Shown one piece after another: positions 48,901 through 60,800 of a stretch of DNA of 64,000 bases. The stretch is from Harriotta raleighana. Lineage: Eukaryota. The notes beneath the pieces are model-generated. The model saw nothing but the letters and a program-made list of their open reading frames with translations. It was not told the DNA's origin and did no database searches. The stretch spans positions 12,539,576-12,603,575 of the forward strand of contig JBNZDD010013729.1 in the NCBI GenBank assembly GCA_050575255.1, written 5' to 3'. The stretch's first letter is position 1; each line of letters begins with the position of its first letter. The position numbers and the translations under genes were made by a program.

Positions 48901-51900
48901 TCCTACTAACACAGGTGAGAACAACCTGCTGATAGTTGTTCTCCTTATAGCAGCCTAGAAAGAAAATAATTATTTTAGAATCCATTCATATGGTCAATTT
49001 ATCTTAATAAAATGGTTGGTATTTTCTCGTGGAACAATCTGTTTTGGTCAAAACAATACACGACAAAGAAGATGCCATGGTATCCATCAATTTTGCTTCA
49101 CTTGGAAGAATGGAACATTTACAGAATCCAAAATAAGAAAAGATGTTAGTTACAGCTTTAAACTATCCAAGGTAACTGTATTTAAATCATATTATACCTG
49201 AGAGATTTGGTGTCACTCACATTAACACTTATCCTTAAATTAATACTGTACTTAAAAAACAATAATAAAAAATTGGAGATTTCAATCCACGACTGTTTGG
49301 GGGACACTGCTATGCAGAATTGGCTGCCACTTTTTGACCACAAATATACAGTCAATTCACTCTATAGTATGTTCTGTGAAGCGCTTTGAGACATTTAGAA
49401 GATGTAAAAAAGCACTATATCAATTGCAAGGATTACTATTATCCTATTTAACCTACTTAAGCAAACTGGAGTACCATAGAAATTAAATCATATTGGGGAA
49501 CAGAACTCATGAAATAAACACACACCTTTAGGTCAGTAACTGTAGGGATTTTCTCTTCCAGAAACATCTCTCCCAGCTGTTCATCCACATTCGCTACACA
49601 CTCTACCAGCTCTTGACGTCGGTCAGCAACCTCTGCCCGAAGCTCAGCAGGAATGTCTGCATACTTCACATCCTGACTGAAGGAGATCATTTATTTCATA
49701 AACATTTCCAATCAAGCAATACATTTGGTGTTGAAGAAGCAAAGCAGNCTGACGTCGGTCAGCAACCTCTGCCCGAAGCTCAGCAGGAATGTCCGCATAC
49801 TTCACATCCTGACTGAAGGAGATCATTTTATAAACATTTCCAATCAAGCAATACATTTGGTGTTGAAGAAGCAAAGCAGCTGAACAATATTCTATCAATT
49901 CCGTGATAAACTAAATTCTTTCTTAAAAACAGAAGTCGCTGGGAATACTCAGCAGAGGATCTACGGAGAAAGGAAAAGTGAGTTACTGTTTCGGGTCCTT
50001 CTAATGAAAGGTCATGGACCTGAAACATTGACTCACTTTTCCTTTCTCCATAGATGTTGCATGACCTATTGAGTGTTCTCAGCCATTTCTATTCGTGTTT
50101 CAGATTTCCAGCATCTGCAGTATTTTGTGATTTAAAAAAAATCTTTCTCACTCCATTTTATTTTACGATGTCGTCTTCAAGAAAATAGCAGGTAAAGTAT
50201 TCCATCAGTGCTACGATCCAGAAGGTAAATAATTTGACAAAAGTAGAATACCGCAAAAGGTTTCTAAACTCCAATGACTAATGTGACACAGGTATGGAGA
50301 AAATCCCATATTAAAACTTAAAATGGTGCTTTAAGGGACTCTATATGGTCTCAAGCAATTAAAGAGGTTTGTCCACATTACTTTATCTCTGTAACAGCTG
50401 ATATTGAATTAATAATCAAACCATCTCATTTTTTAGAATAAAGTACAGAAATGGAAACCAGTGAAGGGAAATTTGTTGAACTCTTAACAGACATAAGAAG
50501 ACTTGGTAAAATACACATTATTAATCTGGTCTAAGAATTGGGAGTATTCTCATAATAAATATTAGTTTGGAATATTCTTACATTTAACCTGTGCTAGATT
50601 TCTCAACTCTTTAAACAATAACAAATTACATTTTTATAGTGCCTTTCAGGTCAGGAGGACATGCCAAAAATCTCATAGTATGTGTATGGAAATTAAGATG
50701 ATCCTCAGCACATTTGAATAATAATGCAATAATGCTACTTACCCAAACTGGCCTTCAAAATAAATAGCCCGCTCCTCAATGAGATCAATAATTCCTTTAA
50801 CATTTCCTTCCAAACCAATTGGAATTTGAATGTATGCTGTGTTGTGATTCAGTTTTGACCTGCAATTGTAAGACATTGAACATTTGATTCTGAGGACAAA
50901 GATCAAAAACATTTTAAAATTAAATTCTAATTGTTTATCATCTCATAACTTGGAATTATTCCCCTTGGTGCTGTATCCCCTTGGTGTGCAGTTGGATATT
51001 TTTTTACACACACAATACATTATAGCGGTCTTAGTCTGCCCTCGGGTGGCAGTAACTAAGCACTGCAAGATTGCTGCATAATGCAGCTGCACCTTTTACA
51101 TTCNCTCCCCTTGGTGTTGTATCCCCTTGGTGTGCAGTTGGATTTTTTTTTACACACACAATACATTATAGAGGTCTTAGTCTGCCCTCGGGTGGCAGGA
51201 ACTAAGCACTGCAAGATTGCTGCATAATGCAGCTGCACCTTTTACATTCACAAAACAAAAATTTCAGCTTCGAGTCCAGTATATGCAGATGAAATACTGA
51301 GCAAGATTAATTTATATTTAATCACTAGATATGTTAATTACTGGGAGAATTTAGGGTCATGATACAGACTTTGTGTTTGACATAATTCAACCTTTTACTC
51401 ATCACCCACACTGAGCATCCCCTCCTCACCCAGAGAAATGTTTCCCCTCGTCCATTCTTTCCTGCCTGTGCAACAGGTTCTGTTATGAGTTCGTAGGTCT
51501 GGCAAATTAATCCTGTATTAAGGTTAATCTTATGCCCCCTAAAACCACACTTTGGCTGTGCAATTTCCTAATAAACCTTGCGTTTAATAATAATAATCCT
51601 TGCATTTGATATAGCACTTTTCATGTCTTCTAGATGTCTCAAAGAGCTTCACAGAATGTACTGTGAAGTGAATTGACTGTATATTTGTGGATGAAACGCG
51701 GCAGCCAATTGTGCACAGCAGTGTCCCCACAAACAGTTGTGGATTGAAATGATCAATTTTATTATTGTGTTTTTTTGTGGATTATGAGGTGTGTGGAGTT
51801 CTCAAGGTTTCGCCCTGACCTGTCTGGATTCGAACACAGGTCTTATGCTTGTAAGGCGAGTGTTCTAACCACTGAGCTACACAACTCCACAGTGTATATA

Positions 51901-54900
51901 GTGTGATGTTGCGCCTGTCATGTCTTACGATGATGATGTGACGGATGGCTAATGTNTGGATTATGAGGCGTGTGGAGTTCTCAAGGTTTCGCCCTGACCT
52001 GTCTGGATTCGAACACAGGTCTTATGCTTGTAAGGCGAGTGTTCTAACCACTGAGCTACACAACTCCACAGTGTATATAGTGTGATGTTGCGCCTGTCAT
52101 GTCTTACGATGATGATGTGACGGATGGCTAATGTCACAGGAGTGTAAGTGCCAACATGGTTTCAGTCTGATTCCTGAAACATGGGATTCTAACCACATTC
52201 ACCTCTCATNCCAACACGGTTTCAGTCTGATTCCTGAAACATGGGATTCTAACCACATTCACCTCTCATCACAGGAAATGTGGATTGAAACACCATTTGT
52301 CAAAACTGTGCATTCAGAGCAATTAGACGAGTAAGTCCAAAGGCCAGACACAAACCTTAATTGTTGAAGAGCTCGGTTAGGGTCAGCTCCCAGCCTGTCC
52401 AGTTTGTTTATAAAGGTAAGAAATGGCACATTGTAACGCTTCATTTGTCTGGTTACTGTCATTGTCTGACACTGGACTCCACCAACTGAGCACAACACCA
52501 AAACAGCTCCATCTAACACTCTCAAGGAACGCTCAACCTCGATTGTGAAATCCACATGACCTGGGTAAATAGCAAACATGCAGATCAACAAACACATCAA
52601 TAAACAAGGAAGGAGACACGCAAGATATAGTTTACGTTCCAATAAGCACAGAAAAACATAAGCAGGAAAATATTGATGAGATGCATGCTGTTACTTCTGT
52701 AAACACCAAACTGGTCATTTTTGTCTGCTGAGTGAGAAGAACTAAGACAGTTTTGGCAACAACCAGCAAATTCACACATGAATAATAATAAATTGTTGCA
52801 TTTGATATAGCACTTTTCATGTATTCTACACCTCAAAACGTTTCACAGAATGTACTGTAAAGTGAATTGACCTGTATATTTGTGGGTGAAACCGGTTTGG
52901 TGTTTACAGAAGTTACAGCATGTATCTCATCCATATTTCCCTGCTTGCGCACAGCAGTGTCTCAAGAAGGGAAAGTTATCGCCCTTTATATGAGCTGTTG
53001 CCTTCTGCTCAAATTGTGCTAACAGTTCATCTCAGGCATTTTGTGAGTCTTAAACCTGGCATTGCCTACAACAACAATGTCAATTTATATAGTGCCCTCC
53101 ACGCCGGATGGCGTATCAGAGCGTTTCACAACAGTGGATCCCAGGACTGAGCCAGGGGCAGGAGTAGAAACATGACCAAAGGCGTGGTCGAAGGGAAAGG
53201 GCTTCAGCTGGGACCTGAAACTGGAAAAAGGGGGCGAGGCGGAAGGAGTGAGGGAGGGAATTCCAGAGCCTCGGGGCATAGTGGCTGAAGGCACGGCTGC
53301 TGAGGGTGGAGTGGAGGATTCGGGGGACATGGAGGAGGCCAGACCCGGTGGAGTGAATGCAACGGGTGCTGGTTTGAGGAGAGGAGGTCAGAGAGGCAGG
53401 GGGGTGCAGAGGAATGGAGGGGATAGGGAGCCAGTGAAGTCTGGCAAGGACTGGGGTACTGAGGGAGGGAAGTTTGTTGCAGGTGAGAACGTGAGTGGCA
53501 GAGTTCAGAATAAGATGGACTGCGTGGATTGTGGAGGAGGAGAGAACAGAGGAGGGCATTGCAATAGTCCAGCCGAGAGGTGACAAAGGCGTGGACCAGG
53601 GTTTCAGCGGCTTTTGGGGTGAGGTATTGGCAGAGACGGGCGATTCGTCGGAGGTGGAAGAAGGCGGTGTTGGTGAGGGACCAGATTTGAGGGAGGAAGG
53701 ACAGTTGGGGGTCGAACCTGACACCTAGATTGCACACAGGTTCGGAGAGTTTTAGGGGCAGACCGGGAAGGTGGAAGGTGAGAGCCGTACGAATGGAGAT
53801 GTTGATGAGAGCCAAAGAGTATGGCCTCCATCTTGTCAACATTCAACTGCAAGAAATTTGCGCTCATCCAGCTCCTGATGTCAGATAGGCAGGCTGACAG
53901 AACATCAGGAGACTGCGGGTCGCAAAGTGAAGAGGAGAAATAGAGCTGGGTGACATCCGCATGTGAAAGTGTGTCCAATCATCCGCAAGAGGGAACATAT
54001 AGATGAGGAAGAGGAGGGGGCCAAAGATGGATCACTGTGGTACCCCACAGGTAACAGGGTAAGAGCGAGAGGAAAAACCATTTGTGGTGATGTAATGCTG
54101 GCAGTTTGTGAGGTTGGACTCAAACCAGGTTGAGTGCAGTCCCACTGAAGTGGATGACAGAAGTCAGGCGGTGGAGGAGGATAGTGTGGTCGACTGTGTC
54201 GAACGCAGTGGACAGGTCCAGGAGGATAAAGAGGCAGAAGAAGTCCTGGTCTCAGATAGAGAGGACGTCTTTTGTGACTTTCACAAGTGCAGTCTCTGTA
54301 CTGTGGGCAGGGTGGAAACTGGACTGGAGGGGTTCGAAGAGGGAGTGGGAGGAGAGGTGGGCGCGGAGTTGGCTTGCAACAACACGTTCAAAAACTTTTG
54401 AAAGGAAGGGCGGATTTGAGATGGGGCGGTAGTGGCTAGGGTTTGAGGGATCTAGGAGTTTTAAGGAGGGTGGTGATGGCAGCAGGTAGTTGGCTTCATA
54501 GAGGTGAGGGTGAGTGAGAGGGAGGAAAGAGAGATGGAAGAGAAGGAGTGTAGGAAGGGGGTTGAGGTAGGAGCTGAGGACGGGGCGGATGAGGGGGATG
54601 GAATGGGGATGGTGGTGGGTAACAAGAGGCGGGAGGATGACGCTGCCTGGTGGATTTTCTTTATCTTGGAGCAGAAGAAGTCCATGACCTCCTCGCAGTT
54701 CGCATTTGAAGTGAAGATTGAGGAGGCCTGTGGGGGTGCACGGAGGAGATTGGGGTTGTTATTTGCCTCTAGGATATGCTGGAGCAGTACTCCGTTTTCG
54801 CACGGGACATGGAACGGCGGTAGCTGTGGAGATGCTTGAGCCACAGTTGGTGGTGAACCGTGAGACCAGTTTTCCGCCACCTGCACTCGAGCAGCCGGGT

Positions 54901-56619
54901 TTGAGATTTAAGGGTACAGAGATGAGTGTTGTACCAGGGGGAATGGGTGGGTTTAGAGATGGTCCTGGGTTTCAGGGGGAACGAGAGAGTTGAAGGTGGA
55001 GGAGAGGTGATCGTGGAGCAGCTGGACGGCTGCTTCAGGATCGCTGTGGGTGGAAGACCAGAGGGGTAGGAGGTCGGAAGATGTGAGGGCCTATGTGAAG
55101 GTTTCAGGGGGGAGACTTTTCCATGGGTGGAAAAGTACAGTTGAGGGCTTAGTGGAGGAGACAGGAATGCAAGAGAAGGAGATGAGAAAGTGGCCCAAGT
55201 TGGCCTTGTCCGAGATGCTGAGGTCGGAAATGTACCTGGAGTATCAATGATATTAATATTGTTTTCCTTCCATTCAGTGTACGTGGCTGCAGACTGGATA
55301 GTGATACCTCTCTGTCGTTCTAGTTCCATGGAGTCCATAATGGCTCCCACTCCATCCTTTCCTTTCACCTGTTGAATGGAATTAAAACTTTAATATTAGG
55401 AGACAATGTACAGAGATCAACTTTTCAAGACAGTCTTTCTTAACTTTTCTGGATGTTCATCAAATTCACTTTATACACAACAACCTTTCGCTGTCTCCTC
55501 ATCCTCCCATCCCACCCCAATGAATAACAAAACACTGAACCTCATGCATTTGTGTTATTCTTCCTGTGTAGAACAAAACTCTTTCTGTAAGGGTGGTTTT
55601 CCCAGAGTCTATATGTGCAGAGATTCCTATATTCCGAATCCTCTCGTTTGGTAATATTCCAGAAGAACATCGTCGACAGCTGTTTAGAAGGATCTGTAAG
55701 AAAATATTGAAGACATTCTGTTCACTGTTTCAGTTTATAATGAATGTTCCTCGGTTGTTTCACATCCGCTCCGAACAACTTTGACTTGATAGTTATTCAG
55801 TCTTTTAAGGATTTATGATCTGAAAGGGTACATTTCAGGTAAAGTCGGTCAGATAGTTTACGTCACTTTTCTCCAAACTACCAACCCGAGGACTTAAGCT
55901 CTTCCCCTCCCCCCACCCCAGTCAGTGGTTATTACAAGGAGCAATAATATAAAAAAATAACCCCTGCATTTGATATAGCGCTTTTCACATCTTCTAGACG
56001 TCTCACAGAATATACAGTAAAGTGAATTGACTGTATATTTGTAGACGAAGCATGGCAGCCAATTACGCACAGCAGCGTCCCACAAACAGACAAACAGTCG
56101 TGGATTGAAAATGATTTTATTATTGTGTTGTTTTTTTTTTGGGGGGGGGGGGGGAAGGGCCTGTGGAAACTTGCCCAAGGATTACGCGCTGACCTGCCTG
56201 GATTCGAAACACAGCTCCAGAACACGACGCTTGCTCAGGCCACCTGGCCTTGGAGAGCGGGTGGAACAGGCTGGAGGGGCTGAATGACCTCCCGCTGCTC
56301 CTATCCCAAGCGGCTGAGAGACTCTTGAGATAATTTCATTCATATAAAATATTAAAATATTAAAATATAAAGCAGATTTGACAGTTTGTCACACATTCTC
56401 TCCCCCCACCCTCCATACCAACCACCCTACCCTTCCCCCCCACACCCTCCACCCCTGGGTGGTGAGGGGGGGGGAACCATCATAAGCCGGTGTCTGGCCC
56501 GCGGGCCGGTGCTGGCTGTCAGGGGCCGAGTGGGTGTGAGAGACGTCTCTTACCCGCCTGATGGTGAAGGGAGCCGCCGGGTTGCCGGCCAACAGCGCGG
56601 ACACTTTAAACAGATGCAT
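30793..56619 (-). CDS. GFM1: GFM1 mitochondrial elongation factor G1, 18 coding exons, 745 aa
   Basis: Exons listed separately sum to 2238 nt; G-domain motifs [31 protein letters not shown]; GMGELHLEI; C-terminus KKGKAKN*. Confidence 0.97.
31088..31141 (-). CDS. GFM1: GFM1 exon 17
   Basis: [18 protein letters not shown]. Confidence 0.93.
31511..31671 (-). CDS. GFM1: GFM1 exon 16
   Basis: [25 protein letters not shown]...YFTLYSD. Confidence 0.95.
32081..32225 (-). CDS. GFM1: GFM1 exon 15
   Basis: [38 protein letters not shown]. Confidence 0.95.
32608..32770 (-). CDS. GFM1: GFM1 exon 14
   Basis: [18 protein letters not shown]...FVPAIEK. Confidence 0.95.
34873..35085 (+). CDS. LXN: Latexin/RARRES1-like exon 1 with signal peptide
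   Basis: [21 protein letters not shown]...; gtaag donor. Confidence 0.88.
34873..39233 (+). CDS. LXN: Latexin/RARRES1/ovocalyxin-32-family protein, 6 exons, 272 aa, nested antisense in GFM1 intron 13
   Basis: Exons 34873-35085, 36891-36959, 38063-38237, 38408-38544, 38907-38969, 39072-39233 (819 nt, all GT-AG, in phase). Motifs [44 protein letters not shown]; AATAAA at 39533. Symbol assigned by position; sequence is partly RARRES1-like. Confidence 0.9.
36891..36959 (+). CDS. LXN: Latexin/RARRES1-like exon 2
   Basis: [23 protein letters not shown]; caacag/gtaagt. Confidence 0.88.
37228..37953 (-). mobile_element. SINE split by a MITE insertion
   Basis: SINE tail and core 37228-37392, head 37825-37953, MITE between. 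Confidence 0.8.
37395..37820. mobile_element. Tigger-type MITE inserted in a SINE
   Basis: TA-CAGTAAAACCTCGTTTATCC...GGATAAATGGGGTTTTAGTG-TA. Confidence 0.82.
38063..38237 (+). CDS. LXN: Latexin/RARRES1-like exon 3
   Basis: [24 protein letters not shown]...DLQFYLKM...KNIP. Confidence 0.88.
38408..38544 (+). CDS. LXN: Latexin/RARRES1-like exon 4
   Basis: [46 protein letters not shown]. Confidence 0.9.
38907..38969 (+). CDS. LXN: Latexin/RARRES1-like exon 5
   Basis: [21 protein letters not shown]. Confidence 0.88.
39072..39233 (+). CDS. LXN: Latexin/RARRES1-like exon 6
   Basis: [23 protein letters not shown]...[20 protein letters not shown]. Confidence 0.88.
   Translation, partial: EIVTCYVDVNWYPNLPLNPNYHCVPLSQQENIVEGSGVETIEGSTMEEGSAMI
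40428..40510 (-). CDS. GFM1: GFM1 exon 13
   Basis: [28 protein letters not shown]. Confidence 0.95.
40912..41049 (-). CDS. GFM1: GFM1 exon 12
   Basis: [20 protein letters not shown]...[12 protein letters not shown]. Confidence 0.95.
41575..41928. mobile_element. Tigger-type MITE
   Basis: Same TIRs; closely similar to 62905-63209. Confidence 0.82.
42079..42135 (-). CDS. GFM1: GFM1 exon 11
   Basis: [19 protein letters not shown]. Confidence 0.93.
42818..43105 (+). mobile_element. tRNA-derived SINE, full length
   Basis: GGAGTCCTGTAGCTCAGTG head through GCAAGGATTATTATT tail. Confidence 0.88.
44425..44526 (-). CDS. GFM1: GFM1 exon 10
   Basis: [34 protein letters not shown]. Confidence 0.95.
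47282..47419 (-). CDS. GFM1: GFM1 exon 9
   Basis: [19 protein letters not shown]...[11 protein letters not shown]. Confidence 0.95.
48116..48200 (-). CDS. GFM1: GFM1 exon 8
   Basis: [28 protein letters not shown]. Confidence 0.93.
48800..48954 (-). CDS. GFM1: GFM1 exon 7
   Basis: [43 protein letters not shown]. Confidence 0.95.
49526..49676 (-). CDS. GFM1: GFM1 exon 6
   Basis: [50 protein letters not shown]. Confidence 0.93.
49925..50130. mobile_element. Palindromic chondrichthyan repeat, probably Penelope-derived
   Basis: Self-complementary arms GGAGAAAGGAAAAGTGAGT / ACTCACTTTTCCTTTCTCC; related fragments at about 29750-29865 and 39950-40030. Confidence 0.65.
50743..50859 (-). CDS. GFM1: GFM1 exon 5
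   Basis: [39 protein letters not shown]. Confidence 0.95.
51586..51888 (-). mobile_element. tRNA-derived SINE, full length
   Basis: B box GTTCGAATCC and A box on the minus strand. Confidence 0.88.
52356..52560 (-). CDS. GFM1: GFM1 exon 4
   Basis: [23 protein letters not shown]...[12 protein letters not shown]. Confidence 0.96.
53070..55232 (-). mobile_element. 5'-truncated, frameshifted L2-clade LINE in GFM1 intron 3
   Basis: Decayed RT motifs (HADVTQLY for [56 protein letters not shown]); 3' tail GGAGGGCACTATATAAAT...(TTG)n. Confidence 0.92.
55236..55368 (-). CDS. GFM1: GFM1 exon 3
   Basis: [45 protein letters not shown]. Confidence 0.96.
55541..55693 (-). CDS. GFM1: GFM1 exon 2
   Basis: [51 protein letters not shown]. 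Confidence 0.95.
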
Positions 56620-56860
56620 TTTGCGTCGGGGCCGGTCCTCCGGGAGGCCTCAGTGTCCGGCGGGAGGTGGGGGCGGGGGGGGGGGGCGGTCTCGTGGCTC
56701 AGTCTCCGCCGGTTGAGTCGCCAGGAGACACGGGGGAAGGTCAAAGCTACAAACCCGCCCCTTCCTGCTCCCCGCCCCCGGCCGTCCGCCCGCCCGTCAT
56801 CCATCCACCCGACCCTGCTGCACACCGCCAGCCCCCCCTGCTGGCCGGAGGGCAACATAA
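56480..56860 (-). promoter_or_regulatory. GFM1 CpG-island promoter
   Basis: GC/CpG-rich stretch with GC boxes (GGGGCGGGG, CCCGCCCC) around exon 1. Confidence 0.65.
56554..56619 (-). CDS. GFM1: GFM1 exon 1 coding part (mitochondrial presequence)
   Basis: [22 protein letters not shown], no acidic residues, gtaag donor, inside CpG island. Confidence 0.85.
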
Positions 56861-57714
56861 CATCTCAACACTCCATGAAAGCTCATACTCACTCTCCACA
56901 CACCCCCCCACCCCCTCCCCCTCCCACATCCACCCTGGCTTCATTTATCCACCACCAACAACAGCAACAACAACAAAATGACATTTATATACCGTCTTTC
57001 ACGTCGGGAGGACGTCCCAAGACGCTGGACAGGTTACTGCTTCAGACCCGAGCTAAAGACGGAAGGAGGAGCGGAGGATCTGGGGGTGGATAAGGAGGAG
57101 GAGGCCAGACCCAGTAGATTGGAACAGTGAGTACTACTATGTGGAGAGAGGTTGGAGAAGTGGTAGTTGGGAGGTGCAGAGGAGTAGAGGGATTTAAACA
57201 CGACTGCCACTTAAATCATCACACATTTTGAGTCAATATTCCAGTTGCATTTATAATAATAAACAAATAATAATAATCCTGCATCTGATATAGATTAAAG
57301 CCACCAAGGTATCTTGGTCTTGAATGAGTGATCTGTGTGGCATGGTAATGTTATAGCAAGTAAGAATTCACAAACACGAGAATTAATGGTAAGATTTTAT
57401 TAACTGGCTTTTGTGGGCTTATGAGTTCAGACAACAAGTCTAGTTACCATAACCAATAAAAAAAACACTACAGTACACGACGTACTTGTCTGAAATGCTT
57501 TTTCAGATATCTTCAGTATTTCCATAAGTTCCATAAGTATGCTGCATACTCCTAATAACGGGTGGTCATTGTGAAGTATGTGAAAGCCAGAAGTTATAAG
57601 AGACACAACAATAGTTCTACAGGTTTGTAAACTAGAACATGAAAACACAAAAACTCGACATTGATGAAAAACTCGACATTGATGAAAAACTAGTGGAACA
57701 AGCTTTTGGCTCCT

Positions 57715-57869
57715 CTATTGCTTCCTATGTGTATTCCGGTTTTGTATTTCACATGTGTTTCCTTTCCCACTCATGTTCTCCCAAGTGCAAGAAGGTCGTG
57801 CAGATGATCCATCTCTCCTAAAACTTGCCACATGATTTTCCCATTCTTGATCAAAGGCACCTGCTTCAT
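57715..57869 (-). CDS. MLF1: MLF1 apparent terminal coding exon
   Basis: NEAGAFDQEWENHVASFRR...HRKQ*; no strong internal donor seen; minus-strand AATAAA near 57396-57401. Confidence 0.75.
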
Positions 57870-60800
57870 CTGTTAATCAACAAAATAATGTTACTGACAA
57901 AATGGTGGAAGGAAGTCAATCTTAAATACAGGTCTTCCACATAATAGCCATAAACATTCACTACCATGGCAAGTATAGTCTATAGAAGATAGCATTACAG
58001 GTACCTGCACGAGTTTATCATCAAATAAATATTGTCCAAAGGAACATCTGCACAACAAATACAAGTCCTGTAACATTGGCTACAATAAGAACAACCTTTT
58101 TCCCCCTGGTAACTGATTAAAAACTATTCCTCTGGTATACATGCTACTGTATCTTTCAAAATGTACTAAAAATGTCAGTTTCAAATAAACCTTACTTTCA
58201 TCCACATTGATAAATTCCTGATTCACTTCTGATGCCCCTGATTGTTTATTTTTGGACCTTTCAATTACATGACCACGATCACGAATGTGATGACCAATTG
58301 TGAATTTATCTTCTCCGGTATCAGAGTTTCTGACTGTTTTTCGTATCTCTTTAATCTGCAAAAGAAAACCCAATTTTAATTCCTTTTCAACAATCCAAAG
58401 ATGTGAACTAAACTCAACATATTCCACAAAATATCTATCATACATCATTGGGGTAAGACCTTACCGTGAAAAATTTCTTCAAAATTGATGACTGTTTAAG
58501 CGTTTGACAAATTCTGAAATGTTACGTTAAAAGAGTAAATCTAGATCTAGGTTTGAATATCTCCCTACTTATTTAGGATTCTACTAAATGGACAATAAGG
58601 GCAATAAAGTTAGACCTTCCCATTGTTTTTGTTTTGTTTTTCTGTTATTCTGCACATTAACCCCATTCTAAGAACAGTTTACTATAAAGATAAAGGACCT
58701 TTGTTCTAGATGTTTTATGCTGTATTCCACATTACATTTTGAAAATTTCACTTGTGGAATTTGAAGGATTACCAAGGCTGTATTGTTGGACATGCAGCTT
58801 TGACATGGCTTGTAGCCTGGTGCAAATTTATTTTTCTACTTATTATTATTAACTAAATAGAAAATCCAGAAAGCAATATTTTATGCATTATACATAGAGA
58901 CTTTTGATTTAAAAAAATTCTATGGCCTCAAATTCCTTTTCATATACAGGTTGACCAAAATGTCATGATATCTACCCTACTATCTAACAACAAATCAAAA
59001 ATCCAAATTTCTTTTTTATAAGGCATTATAATTACATTTGATATAGAACTTTTCACGTGTTCTAGACATCTCAAATGCTTCACTGAATATACTATAAAGA
59101 CTATATTTGTTGGGGAAATGCGACAGCCAATTGCCCACAGCAGTATCCCACAAACAGTCATAGATTGAAGTGACCAATTTTTTTTTGATGAGGGATAATA
59201 TTTGATGAAGGATAATGAGGCATGTGGATTTAGCCAACTTCCCCAAGTTTTCACCCTGTCTGGAATTGAAACCTAGGTGTCTCATTTGCAAGGCGAGTGA
59301 TCTAACCACTGAACTACAAGACTCCACTGTACCATTGTAATAGTATCACAAATTTATGATCACCCTATACATAGTTCATACATCCAGGAATAAAGTTAAG
59401 GTTAATTTTCTTAAACCAGATGGTTTGAAACTCGAAGCTACATATACTTGGGAAATACTATTCATGTTCACCATTCCAACACAAACTGAATGAATGAACA
59501 TATTACCATTTCAGACATGAAAGGTTAGCATCTACTCAGTATGTATCATTGGTTAAATGTTCTCAGGTTCTCTCTCTGTCCTCTTAACTTATTATTAGCT
59601 TTTATTACGATAACTCAATGTGGTGCTTAGTTCTGTCATCACATCTACAAGTTATTTTAAACTGCATGGAGGCATATTACCTTTAATCTGTTTTGCAGTT
59701 CTAGCTAAATTTTCCACATATTTCCAACAAAAATTGCTTTGCACCGCTAATTTTTAGCAAGTAATTTAAGTTTCTTAAATTTAAATGTAAAATTTCCTGT
59801 AGACAGGAAGTACATGTGTGTAAAGAAATATGGATTGCTAACATTGTAAATACTATTTAGTGGCACCAAATACAAGGCAGTTATTACATTGAAAATTACA
59901 GAGAAGAAAAAACTTCTTCACTCAGAGGGTGGTGGATGTATGGAATTCTTTACCCCAAAGGGCTGTTGATGCTCAGTCCTTGAACATATTCAAGACTGAG
60001 TTAGATAGATTTCTCACTAATAAAGGGATTAAGGTGTATGAGGTTAAGGCAGGTAGCTGGAGTTAGAGTAGAATATCAGCTATGATTGAATGGTGGGGAA
60101 GGCTCGATGGGCCGAATGGCCTACTCCTGCTCCTATTTCTTATGTTCTTATAAGTGTGTTTACAACACTGTTGAGGATTTATATTTAATCTAGCTCAAGA
60201 TGGCAAATAAACTGTTTTCTGATGAAGGATGTTAATGAGACAAAATAAAAGATTGAGATTTAAACCATTTGCACCATCAAACTGCCTAATTCTATTTTTA
60301 GTGGATTATTTTTAGGTTAATAAAAGTCTATACAAGTGCTGATTTATCGCTATATTATTATATTAATTTAAAAAAAGTTAACCACTGATTATCAATCAGA
60401 GATAGCTTTGCTAATAATAATGCTATGTTGACAAGGCCTCGCAGTTTTCCTACAAATATACCAGTCACTACGCTGTACTGTTAATTTTGCGAAGCGCTTT
60501 GAGATGTGTCAACGACGTAATAAGGTACTACACCAAATGCAAGGATAATTATCATTATTATAACTACTACCTCTCTTCTGCCAACTCCTGTATCTATACT
60601 ATTCTCAACTTTTATGTCCAGCGCTTCACAGCTGAAGAATCTCAGTGTTCGCCTTACACTGTCACCAGTCAAGGCTTAAGCAGTATGGGTTGTCACACAC
60701 AACTTTGTTAAGTCGCTTATCTCTTAGATATTTCCAGGGTTTGACCATTCCTTTCTCAAAATACTGTAGCCAAAATAATCGCTTTAGACATGATAAAATT

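Noticed and set aside
49613-49880. Apparent duplicate of the GFM1 exon 6 5' half
   Set aside because: Flanks a single N at 49748 with small allelic differences; assembly artefact
50960-52270. Direct repeats around 51104, 51956 and 52210 (also 23421)
   Set aside because: Each straddles a single N; these are scaffold-join duplications, not biological repeats or a CRISPR-like array
54769-55368. 199-aa ORF starting with EF-G motifs as a fusion gene
   Set aside because: It is GFM1 exon 3 read through its donor into decayed LINE sequence
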